Under the pieces are notes generated by a model that saw only the letters and a list, made by a program, of their open reading frames with translations, searched no databases and was not told the origin of the DNA. 64,000 nt of DNA from Carpediemonas membranifera BICM (taxonomy: Eukaryota > Protista > Fornicata), in the NCBI GenBank assembly GCA_019828565.1, contig JAHDYR010000069.1, forward strand, positions 564,799 to 628,798. The letters run 5' to 3'. Both the position numbers and the translations under genes were made by a program. Positions 54,177 through 64,000 of the stretch are shown one piece after another. The stretch's first letter is position 1. Each line of letters begins with the position of its first letter.

Positions 54177-54270
54177 GTTGAACGGAATACTCCGGCCTCC
54201 GCCATATACATATATACATGACTTACATAACACAGAGAGGGCTCCGACATCCGCTTTATCACACCGTGTA

Positions 54271-55104
54271 TCAGGTTATCCGTGCCACGTACGGCTCCTC
54301 CTCTTCTGGCTCACCTGCTGCGGGCCCCACTACCGCCGGGGCCTGCGACAGGGCTGGGGGCTGGTCGCCCTCGATGATCATCTGTACCCGGGGTGTCTCG
54401 ACAACTGGCTCGACCCCCGCGACCTCAGGTCCGAGCATGGCCTCGAGGCGGACCCGGATGCAGTCGATCACTTCCTTCTGCTTCACCGCAAACTTATGGC
54501 CAACCTTTCGTGCCGCGTTCTCCTTCATGTACGTATTCAGCGTGTCCTGCTCCGAGACGAGAACCAGTGCCTGGGCAGCCACGGCAGAGGAGACCCATAT
54601 GCGGACGGCCGTGCGCTGGTCGGTGTACTTCCGCTCCTTCACATAGGCCGAGCGGCCGTCAAAGCCAAGGTCGATCTCGTCGTAGTGCTCCTCGATCCGT
54701 ATGAACAACTCTGACGGCTCCGTGCTGGCGGGGGTCTGCTGGACCGGGATAAAGTGCTCGAACTGGTCCACGATGGCGCAAAAACGGGCCTTGAACTCAA
54801 GATCAGCGCAGACGTAGGAGCACTCCCTGAGGCCGTCCATGATGGCGAGGAAGGGTGTTAGGTGGGCGCTTTCTCCTGCAATCATCGTGTAGGCACAGGA
54901 GAGGAAGATGAGTTGCTCCCACTTGGTGCCCCGGATGACGACACCGCGGTCCTTCAGCACAGTATTGCACATTTCAACGGCTTTCTTCAAGGACTTCGTC
55001 TTGTTGCCACGGGAGTCCTTGTTCGCCAGAGCTCGGGTGTTTTTCGACGGCGTTTTGCGTTCTCGCTTCGGGTTTTCGAGTTTTGGCTTGGAGGACGGAT
55101 CCAT
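54271..55104 (-). CDS. Hypothetical protein
   Basis: 278-codon ORF with GC3-rich codon usage. Confidence 0.6.
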   Translation of the reverse strand: MDPSSKPKLENPKRERKTPSKNTRALANKDSRGNKTKSLKKAVEMCNTVLKDRGVVIRGTKWEQLIFLSCAYTMIAGESAHLTPFLAIMDGLRECSYVCADLEFKARFCAIVDQFEHFIPVQQTPASTEPSELFIRIEEHYDEIDLGFDGRSAYVKERKYTDQRTAVRIWVSSAVAAQALVLVSEQDTLNTYMKENAARKVGHKFAVKQKEVIDCIRVRLEAMLGPEVAGVEPVVETPRVQMIIEGDQPPALSQAPAVVGPAAGEPEEEEPYVARIT

Positions 55105-55374
55105 ATTTGGTTCAGGAGCAGCGTTTGTGGAGTTTGGCCGTTGTGAGGGCGGTGCACGCGATGCAGCTCGAAAAATTATCCGTTTCTTGGGGTTAAGAGC
55201 TGGCGTTTCGAGCGAAGCGGCGTAAATTGATAGAATATACAGAGATCCAGAGGCTACGCTTGTCGCAACAGTGCCATCTCCCATGCATCAAGTTCAGACA
55301 CGCTCAACACGCGACTTTGTGCAGAAATTTTTTTCCGCAAACATGGCATCACATAAACGATAAATAGCCAATCA

Positions 55375-55798
55375 TCAAGTGAGAGCCAAATCGTCGGAGC
55401 TGTCTGCGCTGCTTACGTCGCTCAGCTCAGTCGCGTCGTCTGTGTCAGCATCGTCGTCTGCCTCGAGAAGCAGGGTGCCGTGTTGCCGCATGTGCTCCTT
55501 GACCCGCTTGGCGTATTCCTTCTGGTCCTTTAGCATCAGGACCGCCGTGTTGGGGTGCAATATCATCGAGGCGAAGCTGATGTTGGGCGGAAGAAAGGGA
55601 TAGTTCTCGGGCAGCTGGACATGTACCTTCCATCTGCCGCCTTCATATGGGCTCTCCTTCGGTCCATCAAACCAGACGTACCGCGTGACCTTGTGTTGGG
55701 GAACAACCAAAATCATCAAGCCTATCACCGTTCATCTGGACCTTATAACTGCTCACCTGGATCTTTCGTACATCCATAAGCATTCTCTTGTTCACCAT
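55375..55798 (-). pseudogene. UBE2H/Ubc8-like E2 pseudogene (catalytic Cys region deleted, intron ends decayed)
   Basis: Reads MVNKRMLMDVRKI...LDDF / YVWFDGPKESPYEGGRWKVHVQLPENYPFLPP...HPN, then jumps directly to TAVLMLKDQKEY. The 28-nt intron remnant at 55681-55708 reads GGTTGT...TCACGCGG. Confidence 0.75.
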
Positions 55799-55887
55799 TA
55801 GTGACCTAGATGGCTTGGCGCGTTTTCCAAGTTTGCAAGCATACTTCGCAGGTTATGGTCACAATGTTGTAGCGTTTAGAGGTATTA

Positions 55888-56251
55888 GACTCAAGTATTC
55901 TTATCCTGCGCGGCACACTACCTCCACTCACCGACTTCGCTTGCCAGTGAGCTCGCTATCATTAACTTGCTAAGTTGAGCAAGCACGCGCTGCGGCGCGT
56001 GATATGCTGCGCACGATTGATAGAGTATGATGAACCACACTGCGATCCTGATGCTGCTTGGATCACTGTGTGTTTTGGACTCAAGTATTCTTATCGATTT
56101 ATACATGTACATAAAGTGTTACCGGTCCCACCGGTCCAACGCTGTCAGCGGCCCGACCGGGATTAGAGCCCAGGAGCGGAGCAGCGAGTAACGTTCGCGA
56201 AACGGGAGTAGATGTCGTAGTTGCCGCAGTATTCTTATCCTGCGCGGCACA
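55888..56251. repeat. Cluster of three partial family D repeats
   Basis: 55888-55917, 56013-56095 and 56228-56251 share AGTATTCTTATC(CTGCGCGGCACA). Confidence 0.8.
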
Positions 56252-56500
56252 AATGTCTGAAGGGTCGAACAATGTGTTTATACTGCGCAACACTGCCCTG
56301 TCTCCCTCCTACTCACGTCTTAAGTCGGTAGGGAGATCGTCTTCTCTTTGGGTCTGTTTTTGTCTCACCACTGGCCTCTGTTCGATCCGGGCTGTCGCCA
56401 TTTATCAGCAAGTTGGGTGCACAGTTGCTCTGACAGTTCCTCTGCGAAAGCCTCATTTCATCGCCTTTCAAAGCCCAAAAACAGACCACACTGGGCACAT

Positions 56501-57934
56501 TTACGACACCCACCTCTTCGTTGAGATCTTCGAATCCGGCCCTTCGACGACATGATACGCTGGGTCCGTCTTCCTCGGGTCCTCCAGATGCATCCTCCTG
56601 CGTCCCTCGCTGTCATCCACGTTGACAGCGTCCCTGCGGACATAAAGACTTGAGTCATCCACCCTGCCCTTTGTGGCGAAGGCTCGACCAATGCCGGTGT
56701 CGCTGTGGACAACAAAGGCAGTGCCGTCGGACAGGCCGACAACCGCGTCAGTGTCCATGGACCCAATACATGTGGGGGTGACTGTTACATCAGGATGTGG
56801 TAAATGGGCGCGGATATCCCAACTCTTGAGCAGCTTGCCGTCTGCAGCGGCGAGAGCAACGCCGGACTCAGTCATGGTGTAGGCGTGCATGCCGTCGTCC
56901 GTTGTTGCAATGACTGGGCGGGGTATATCTCTCTGGAGGTGTTCCCGCGGCAGTCGGCCCACCGAAGCCGTCGTCACCGCGTGGGTGAGATTCCGAAAAT
57001 CGTGCAGCGCAATTGTTCCGGAATGCCGGACAAAAAGACTTACTTCTCCGGCACTCGCGATATCCACTGCACCGGCCAGCGGCAGGTCAACCGACGGCTG
57101 GGCCCCGGCCCTGCAGTCCCATCGGCAGACCCTGTCTGTTCGAGTCAGGAAAGTGGCAACAGAGTTCGACCCGGCCAAGGCTGTGACTTGGGCCTTCTCT
57201 GGTGCCATACACAGCTGACTGCTCCTCAGGGTCGGGTCCCAGAGGCGAACCGTCGAGTCGAGTGAGGATGTCATGATTGAGTCGGTAGGAGTCATGACCA
57301 CAGCTCTAGTGACTGACGAGATATGCCCAGGGTTCTTGTGGAACAACAAGTCGGGGTTACCCTCCCTCGAGGAGCAGACAAGCTCCCACGGCTTGTGTCT
57401 CGACTCAGCTTCCTCCGGGATTTTGTACAACTCGACCTTTTCAGACTCCCGGCCGACTAATATCCGGCTGTCCGGCATGGAGAGTATAGTGTGAATCGGC
57501 TTGGTCAGTCCAGACTCGGGTGGGAGGTGCCGACTGATGCGAAAGACTGACGTGCACTGTGGAATGTCGTGCTGGACAAGGTGTGCGCCAAAGGCTGTGT
57601 GTAGGGCACTTTTGGAGAGATTGCATGCTGTCATGGCGCCTGTGGCACGAGAGCCGTCGAGCGTGGGGCACGGTACCAGGCCAACAAGGGAGGGGACGAC
57701 GAGTTCAGGGACAATTATGTCCTCAACATCGACTTGAAAGCTATCTTGCTGCATTTTTGCCTTCCTATCTACGTCTGCAACTCTGTTGGCCCGAGATCTG
57801 GCAATTTCGCTAGAAAAGTCGTTCATGAACTTGTTTCTGGTCCCCGATTGCTGATTCCTCCGCTCTTTCGCCACAGCTACTGTCGGGCGCTTTTGCTTAC
57901 GCTTGCCAAAGCCACCAGCCAGAAGTTCATCCAT
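56501..57934 (-). CDS. Divergent WD40 protein, possibly WDR70-like
   Basis: GHISSV...TSSLDSTVRLWD and an N-terminal GGFGK motif. Confidence 0.65.
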   Translation of the reverse strand: MDELLAGGFGKRKQKRPTVAVAKERRNQQSGTRNKFMNDFSSEIARSRANRVADVDRKAKMQQDSFQVDVEDIIVPELVVPSLVGLVPCPTLDGSRATGAMTACNLSKSALHTAFGAHLVQHDIPQCTSVFRISRHLPPESGLTKPIHTILSMPDSRILVGRESEKVELYKIPEEAESRHKPWELVCSSREGNPDLLFHKNPGHISSVTRAVVMTPTDSIMTSSLDSTVRLWDPTLRSSQLCMAPEKAQVTALAGSNSVATFLTRTDRVCRWDCRAGAQPSVDLPLAGAVDIASAGEVSLFVRHSGTIALHDFRNLTHAVTTASVGRLPREHLQRDIPRPVIATTDDGMHAYTMTESGVALAAADGKLLKSWDIRAHLPHPDVTVTPTCIGSMDTDAVVGLSDGTAFVVHSDTGIGRAFATKGRVDDSSLYVRRDAVNVDDSEGRRRMHLEDPRKTDPAYHVVEGPDSKISTKRWVS

Positions 57935-58096
57935 TTGCGACGACGAGAATGGTTAACCTGCGGCAACCTCAACCCAGTCAAGTTTCACAGCCAGTCTACC
58001 CCAACTACCCCCGCCTAGCCCCACGCCTGCCCCTCCTCAATCTTCGTTGATCCCGGAGGGTAAGATTTATGTGACATCCGTCGCTATTATGTGCTA

Positions 58097-58477
58097 CTAT
58101 GTACGTTGCTCGGTGTTTTCAGGGGAGTTGCGCCTCTCCCTCTCACCGTCCGGCTCCTTTGAATGAATGACATCGTATTTCTGTAGGATGAAAGGCACCA
58201 TCTGCTCAAGGGGACAGTCCAGCACACTCGCCGGGCCGTGTTGGAGCATCTCCATGTATATGGCGGCAGCTATGCGGTGTCCCAGCCGTTCTCGCATCAT
58301 CCGCTGGAGGCCCACGTATTCTCTTGGCAAGCCATGGTTGATCTTCATGAACAAGAGGGGGTGGGACTCCGCAAACCAGTCGAGGATGGTAGTCATGGAG
58401 AGAAGATGACCCCCATCAAGACCTCGGAAGGCCTCGGTGACAGGCTTAGGGATGGTGATCTCGCACTCGGTAGTCAT
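58097..58477 (-). CDS. Hypothetical protein
   Basis: 126-aa ATG ORF with no recognised motif. Confidence 0.4.
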   Translation of the reverse strand: MTTECEITIPKPVTEAFRGLDGGHLLSMTTILDWFAESHPLLFMKINHGLPREYVGLQRMMRERLGHRIAAAIYMEMLQHGPASVLDCPLEQMVPFILQKYDVIHSKEPDGERERRNSPENTEQRT

Positions 58478-58904
58478 GCGGCGGATAAAGTGATAAGGGT
58501 CCTCTTGGATCCAATGTTGTACGTTTGAAAGGAAGTCTGTGTGAACTTAATCGACTAATACGCACAATTCTCGATATTTCCTGCTGTCGACGGATCTGGG
58601 GGCAGGTTTGTAAGAGGAACGAAAGGTAAACGCTCTTGGAATGGATCTACGGCCTCCATTCCCACGTCATTGTACAAAGAGGACATCTGCGGTGTTACGC
58701 CGTGGTTACAGTTGCAGCTACAGGCCTGTCTTCGCACCACATGTCACGGTAAAAACTGCTACATGTAAAAGCACGTAAATCCCTTGACTTGAAACCACAA
58801 TGATAGTCCACACAAGCACAGCCACGGTAATGACTCCGGCAAACCGGTGTTGGGGAAGTTTTACCGGCCAGCTCGGCCTGCCTGTCAAAGAAATCCCGCC
58901 GACT

Positions 58905-60257
58905 TCACCGCCAAAGCTTGACCCTGCCGTCAGCCCCGCACGACCAGACCCCGCCCAGCGGACTCCACGACACACCACTGACAGCCTCGTCGCCGTGCCG
59001 CAGGATCTTGACTGGGTCTGTTGTCATAAACTGCTCACGGTTGGAGTCGACCTTCCATAGGAAAACACCGCCCTTGCCAGAGCCAGAGACAACATAACGG
59101 CCGTCGGGGGAGGCGTCAAGGCCGATAGTCTGGCCTGTAGTGAATCCGCCGCCACGAAGAGAGAAATTGGTCTCCTTGCCGTCGACACGCGAAGTCATGA
59201 ATTTGATACGGCCGTCCTTGAAGTCGATCATCTGGATATGATGCGATCTTGTAGATACAGCCCATCGGTCGGATCCAACCCTACATATCGCAGATTTGGG
59301 GAATCGTGAGCTGGTCCCAAGGACGTCCACGGCCATTGTTGGGGCTGTCACGCTGAACAGCATCACCCGGTTAGTGTCATCGCCGGTCACATAGTACCGA
59401 CCGTCCTCAGAGAACGATATCGCGTTGACATTGCGGTCAAAGAGACCACATGGAAGCATCTCCGGTGCAGCCATCCTCGTGTCCCAGCGCACGACCCGAG
59501 ACCTCGCCGACGCAAGGCCCGAGCCTGACACGCCGACGGAGGCGTAGACGATGGCAGGTTGGCCGGGCTGGGGGGCGAGGGAGGTAGGGTAGAATTTGAT
59601 TGAATCAAAGGCGTCCATGCCCTGGACGTCTCTGAGGGGGGATGTTGTGGCGTGGTTCCGCTCGAGGTCCCACAGCTTGAGGGTGCCATCGTGGGATCCG
59701 CTGATGAGCGAGCCCGCCCCACCCGGCCAGCAGAGCGCGTTGATCGCTTCAGTGTGGCCCTTTAGCACTGCTTCCTCGCTGTAGGACCCTGTAGCGCTCT
59801 CGGGCAGGCTGTACACTGAGACATCACCGTCGACCCGTCCACATGCGACTAAGCCTGCGGGGGAGGCGGCGATGGTGCCCACACCACTCTTGTCCACTCT
59901 GATGGTCTGCCGAAGCTTGGATGGCAGTGGGAACGTCGTGGGGAGCGGCAGGGCCCGGTGGAAGGACCAGGCGTGGCTTGGAACAATCTCTGTCGCCTTC
60001 TGAGTGGCCTTGGCTCTAGGATGCCAGCCAGAGCTGAGCTGTTGCTCAAAGTACCACCTTGGGAGAATGGCTGGACCGATTATGCTGGCGATATCTTCAT
60101 CGGCTCCCTTGCTAGCTTTCTCCCACTTGCTTGTGTCGTCAAACCGCCCCCACGGGCCACTAAAGTCAGACCTTGATGCATCCCATACAATATTACGTGC
60201 GAAAGACTCGTCATTAGCGGCAGCAGCCTTTCTCTTCCGAGTTTGGTTGCTCGCCAT
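58905..60257 (-). CDS. WD40 protein, Prp17/CDC40- or WDR25-like
   Basis: GHTEAINAL...SGSHDGTLKLWD, SPDGRYVVSGSGKGGVFLW, SCGADGRVKLW. Confidence 0.75.
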   Translation of the reverse strand: MASNQTRKRKAAAANDESFARNIVWDASRSDFSGPWGRFDDTSKWEKASKGADEDIASIIGPAILPRWYFEQQLSSGWHPRAKATQKATEIVPSHAWSFHRALPLPTTFPLPSKLRQTIRVDKSGVGTIAASPAGLVACGRVDGDVSVYSLPESATGSYSEEAVLKGHTEAINALCWPGGAGSLISGSHDGTLKLWDLERNHATTSPLRDVQGMDAFDSIKFYPTSLAPQPGQPAIVYASVGVSGSGLASARSRVVRWDTRMAAPEMLPCGLFDRNVNAISFSEDGRYYVTGDDTNRVMLFSVTAPTMAVDVLGTSSRFPKSAICRVGSDRWAVSTRSHHIQMIDFKDGRIKFMTSRVDGKETNFSLRGGGFTTGQTIGLDASPDGRYVVSGSGKGGVFLWKVDSNREQFMTTDPVKILRHGDEAVSGVSWSPLGGVWSCGADGRVKLWR

Positions 60258-60362
60258 GCTCACTTCCTCCCAGATTTACCGTTTATATACGCCATTACAC
60301 GTATCATGGTATGATAATGCAGCCTTTGTCCCGAATCGTGGGTCAGGATTCTCGCCCTTGTC

Positions 60363-63300
60363 TCATCTCATGCTAACAGACGAAACGGCAAAGGGGTTGG
60401 GGGCCGCTTCTCTCAAGGCCCCAGGCTGGGTTTGCTCAGCTGGCACGCAGGCTGCAGTAACATCGGCATCGTTGCCAGCACGTGGCGCTGGATCTTGACC
60501 CGGGCTGGGACCCTGGTGCTCGTCGGGCGGGGCCGCAGACACTGCTGGTCTCGGGCTCGCGGCATCGCCCGCCGCCACTGCCGAGCTCGCACTGCTGTCC
60601 ACAGCCTTCTTCGCTTTCTCCATCGCCTTCGCCCCCTCCGTCGCCCCGGCCCCAGCCTTCTCCGGCCCGCGACCCGCCCCGGCCGGCTGGACCTCGACTT
60701 CCCTGACTTCGATGAATTTGCCCGACTGCGGCGGAGTGACATTGTCGGTCGCATCACGGTCGCTGAGTCGAACCCGAGTCCATGTGCCGGACGCCTTGTC
60801 CTTGAGGTAGACCGCCTCGTTGTTGCCAGACTGTACCAGCCGGCTGCACGCAATAGAGGTCGAAAACTCCTGGCTTTGTGATATGAACGCGGTCAACGGT
60901 CCCGTCGGGGTGACCATCACGAGGAGCAAGAAGGTGGGGCGCACGACAAGGCCGCACACAGGGTATGTATACACCACCTTCAACGGCTGAACGGCAAAGC
61001 GGGTCTGGGTCTTCTGAGGTAAGAGCGCCAGTTTCAGCACGAGCATCGGGATGGTCTGGGCGAGGTCCCCGGTCAGGAACAGTGCCCGCTGCTCCTTGCA
61101 GTAGTAAAGGCCGAACGTGCCCCCCGCGAGGAGCTCCCACCCACTCGGATCGGTCGGGGCCGCAGACACTGCTGGTCTCGGGCTCGCGGCATCGCCCGCC
61201 GCCACTGCCGAGCTCGCACTGCTGTCCACAGCCTTCTTCGCTTTCTCAATCGCCTTCGCCCCCTCCGTCGCCCCGGCCCCAGCCTTCTCCGGCCCGCGAC
61301 CCGCCCCGGCCGGCTGGACCTCGACTTCCCTGACTTCGATGAATTTGCCCGACTGCGGCGGAGTGACATTGTCGGTCGCATCACGGTCGCTGAGTCGAAC
61401 CCGAGTCCATGTGCCGGACGCCTTGTCCTTGAGGTAGACCGCCTCGTTGTTGCCAGACTGTACCAGCCGGCTGCACGCAATAGAGGTCGAAAACTCCTGG
61501 CTTTGTGATATGAACGCGGTCAACGGTCCCGTCGGGGTGACCATCACGAGGAGCAAGAAGGTGGGGCGCACGACAAGGCCGCACACAGGGTATGTATACA
61601 CCACCTTCAACGGCTGAACGGCAAAGCGGGTCTGGGTCTTCTGAGGTAAGAGCGCCAGTTTTAGCACGAGCATCGGGATGGTCTGGGCGAGGTCCCCGGT
61701 CAGGAACAGTGCCCGCTGCTCCTTGCAGTAGTAAAGGCCGAACGTGCCCCCCGCGAGGAGCTCCCACCCACTCGGATCGGTCGGGGCCGCAGACACTGCT
61801 GGTCTCGGGCTCGCGGCATCGCCCGCCGCCACTGCCGAGCTCGCACTGCTGTCCACAGCCTTCTTCGCTTTCTCAATCGCCTTCGCCCCCTCCGTCGCCC
61901 CGGCCCCAGCCTTCTCCGGCCCGCGACCCGCCCCGGCCGGCTGGACCTCGACTTCCCTGACTTCGATGAATTTGCCCGACTGCGGCGGAGTGACATTGTC
62001 GGTCGCATCACGGTCGCTGAGTCGAACCCGAGTCCATGTGCCGGACGCCTTGTCCTTGAGGTAGACCGCCTCGTTGTTGCCAGACTGTACCAGCCGGCTG
62101 CACGCAATAGAGGTCGAAAAACTCCTGGCTTTGTGATATGAACGCGGTCAACGGTCCCGTCGGGGTGACCATCACGAGGAGCAAGAAGGTGGGGCGCACG
62201 ACAAGGCCGCACACAGGGTATGTATACACCACCTTCAACGGCTGAACGGCAAAGCGGGTCTGGGTCTTCTGAGGTAAGAGCGCCAGTTTCAGCACGAGCA
62301 TCGGGATGGTCTGGGCGAGGTCCCCGGTCAGGAACAGTGCCCGCTGCTCCTTGCAGTAGTAAAGGCCGAACGTGCCCCCCGCGAGGAGCTCCCACCCACT
62401 CGGATCGGTCGGGGCCGCAGACACTGCTGGTCTCGGGCTCGCGGCATCGCCCGCCGCCACTGCCGAGCTCGCACTGCTGTCCACAGCCTTCTTCGCTTTC
62501 TCAATCGCCTTCGCCCCCTCCGTCGCCCCGGCCCCAGCCTTCTCCGGCCCGCGACCCGCCCCCGGCCGGCTGGACCTCGACTTCCCTGACTTCGATGAAT
62601 TTGCCCGACTGCGGCGGAGTGACATTGTCGGTCGCATCACGGTCGCTGAGTCGAACCCGAGTCCATGTGCCGGACGCCTTGTCCTTGAGGTAGACCGCCT
62701 CGTTGTTGCCAGACTGTACCAGCCGGCTGCACGCAATAGAGGTCGAAAACTCCTGGCTTTGTGATATGAACGCGGTCAACGGTCCCGTCGGGGTGACCAT
62801 CACGAGGAGCAAGAAGGTGGGGCGCACGACAAGGCCGCACACAGGGTATGTATACACCACCTTCAACGGCTGAACGGCAAAGCGGGTCTGGGTCTTCTGA
62901 GGTAAGAGCGCCAGTTTCAGCACGAGCGTCGGGATGGTCTGGGCGAGGTCCCCGGTCAGGAACAGTGCCCGCTGCTCCTTGCAGTAGTAAAGGCCGAACG
63001 TGCCCCCCGCGAGGAGCTCCCACCTACTCCGGTCGGGCGGGAGGGCCACAAACCCGACCACAGGCGACCTATGACCCAGGCCTAGTTCCCCGCTCGTGTT
63101 TAGTCCAGTGATGTAGCGGGTCGACCCGTCGTCACAGAACATCAAGGGTCCATGCGGCTGGAGCGTGCGGGGTGTGAAGCCGGGTGGGCCGGCGAGCTCG
63201 TAGAAGCGGTTGGGGAGGGGCCTCTGGCCGTTGAACGGTTTGGCCAGGCGTTCAATAATTCTGTCTGTTGCGAAAACTAACGGGCCAACCGTAGTGAGAA

Positions 63301-63973
63301 TGATCATGATCCTTTCACCGCTTGAGACCATGAGAAAGCACTCGTCCCTACGCCATGGTGCAAACCTGGTTATCTTAGGCCCAATATTGGGGCAGAATTG
63401 TAAATCTATGGGCCTCGGTTTGAGTATGCAGTCGCGACTCCCAACAAACACGCCACGCTGCGGAGTGACAAGTATGCAGCCGCCGGGGGTCACTAACCAT
63501 TTTCTCGGGCGTGGGCAAGCTATGCGCCTGTACCCATCGCACAGTGACATCGAGAGGAAGACCCCATTATCAGAGGCCACAAAGTAGACGCTGAGCGTGC
63601 GGCCGCTGACTTGGATACGGCCATACTGTTCAGCTGCACGGAAGCTCTTGCACATAGTCCAGGTCGGCTCCAGCACCCATTCACTGCACCGAGCCTGGTG
63701 AAAGTCGTGGAGCTTCGTTCCGTGTGTCTTGTGTGAAAACAGTGCAGGCCGGCCGTTCGCTGACATGATGATCAACCAAATCAGGTGCTTGCTGAGGTCA
63801 TGAATGAACGGACCCTTTGGTGGCGGGGGGAGCACCCTGGGCAGAGTGGGCGCCCTCTTCATCTCCTCTGATAATAGCTGGGACGCCTTTTGAAGGTATA
63901 TCTTGCCTGCGGGGCATATGAACCGTATGACTGGGGCAGTAAGGAGTGCGCTGAGTGATGCATGCACAGACAA
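60363..63973 (-). CDS. RCC1/BLIP-II-like family protein with four internal 209-aa repeats (two homopolymer frameshifts near 62120 and 62562)
   Basis: RCC1-type motif GLNTSGELGLGH. ORFs 62501-63973, 62008-62736 and 60363-61856 join into one frame when the extra A and C are removed. The start codon is uncertain. Confidence 0.7.
60528..63023. repeat. 627-bp tandem repeat, about 4 near-identical copies
   Basis: The marker ACTGCTGGTC recurs at 60541, 61168, 61795 and 62423. Confidence 0.95.
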
Positions 63974-64000
63974 GCGGGACTTTGGGGTGAAATCGGTCAG

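Overview
Gene-dense eukaryotic DNA with short intergenic spacers and tiny (28-32 nt) spliceosomal introns. Gene content and intron style suggest an anaerobic protist of the fornicate/Carpediemonas type (inference only). Housekeeping genes include PheRS-alpha, beta-tubulin, Rab8, beta'-COP, PP2A B56, Fe-SOD, HPRT, APRT and a SPEF1-like gene. The centre of the window (28.9-40.6 kb) is a stack of mobile elements inserted about 40 bp upstream of Rab8. It holds two nested, very compact chromodomain-bearing Ty3/Gypsy retrotransposons with identical 96-bp and 53-bp LTR pairs, perfect 5-bp TSDs, and a palindrome where the tRNA primer-binding site should be. Directly adjacent is a third element bounded by short LTR-like repeats that carries a Fanzor1/TnpB-like RNA-guided nuclease gene. 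Its RuvC D-E-D triad and zinc finger are intact, but the frame is interrupted upstream. A solo copy of the same repeat, with its own TSD, lies at 28.05 kb. Other notable items are an intron-joined Med31-Trm5 fusion, an acyltransferase-NDK-Dpy30 fusion, a decayed WD40-kinase-HECT-RING2 gene, a candidate GT-TG intron and a 4 x 627-bp intragenic tandem repeat. Several single-base homopolymer insertions look like long-read errors.
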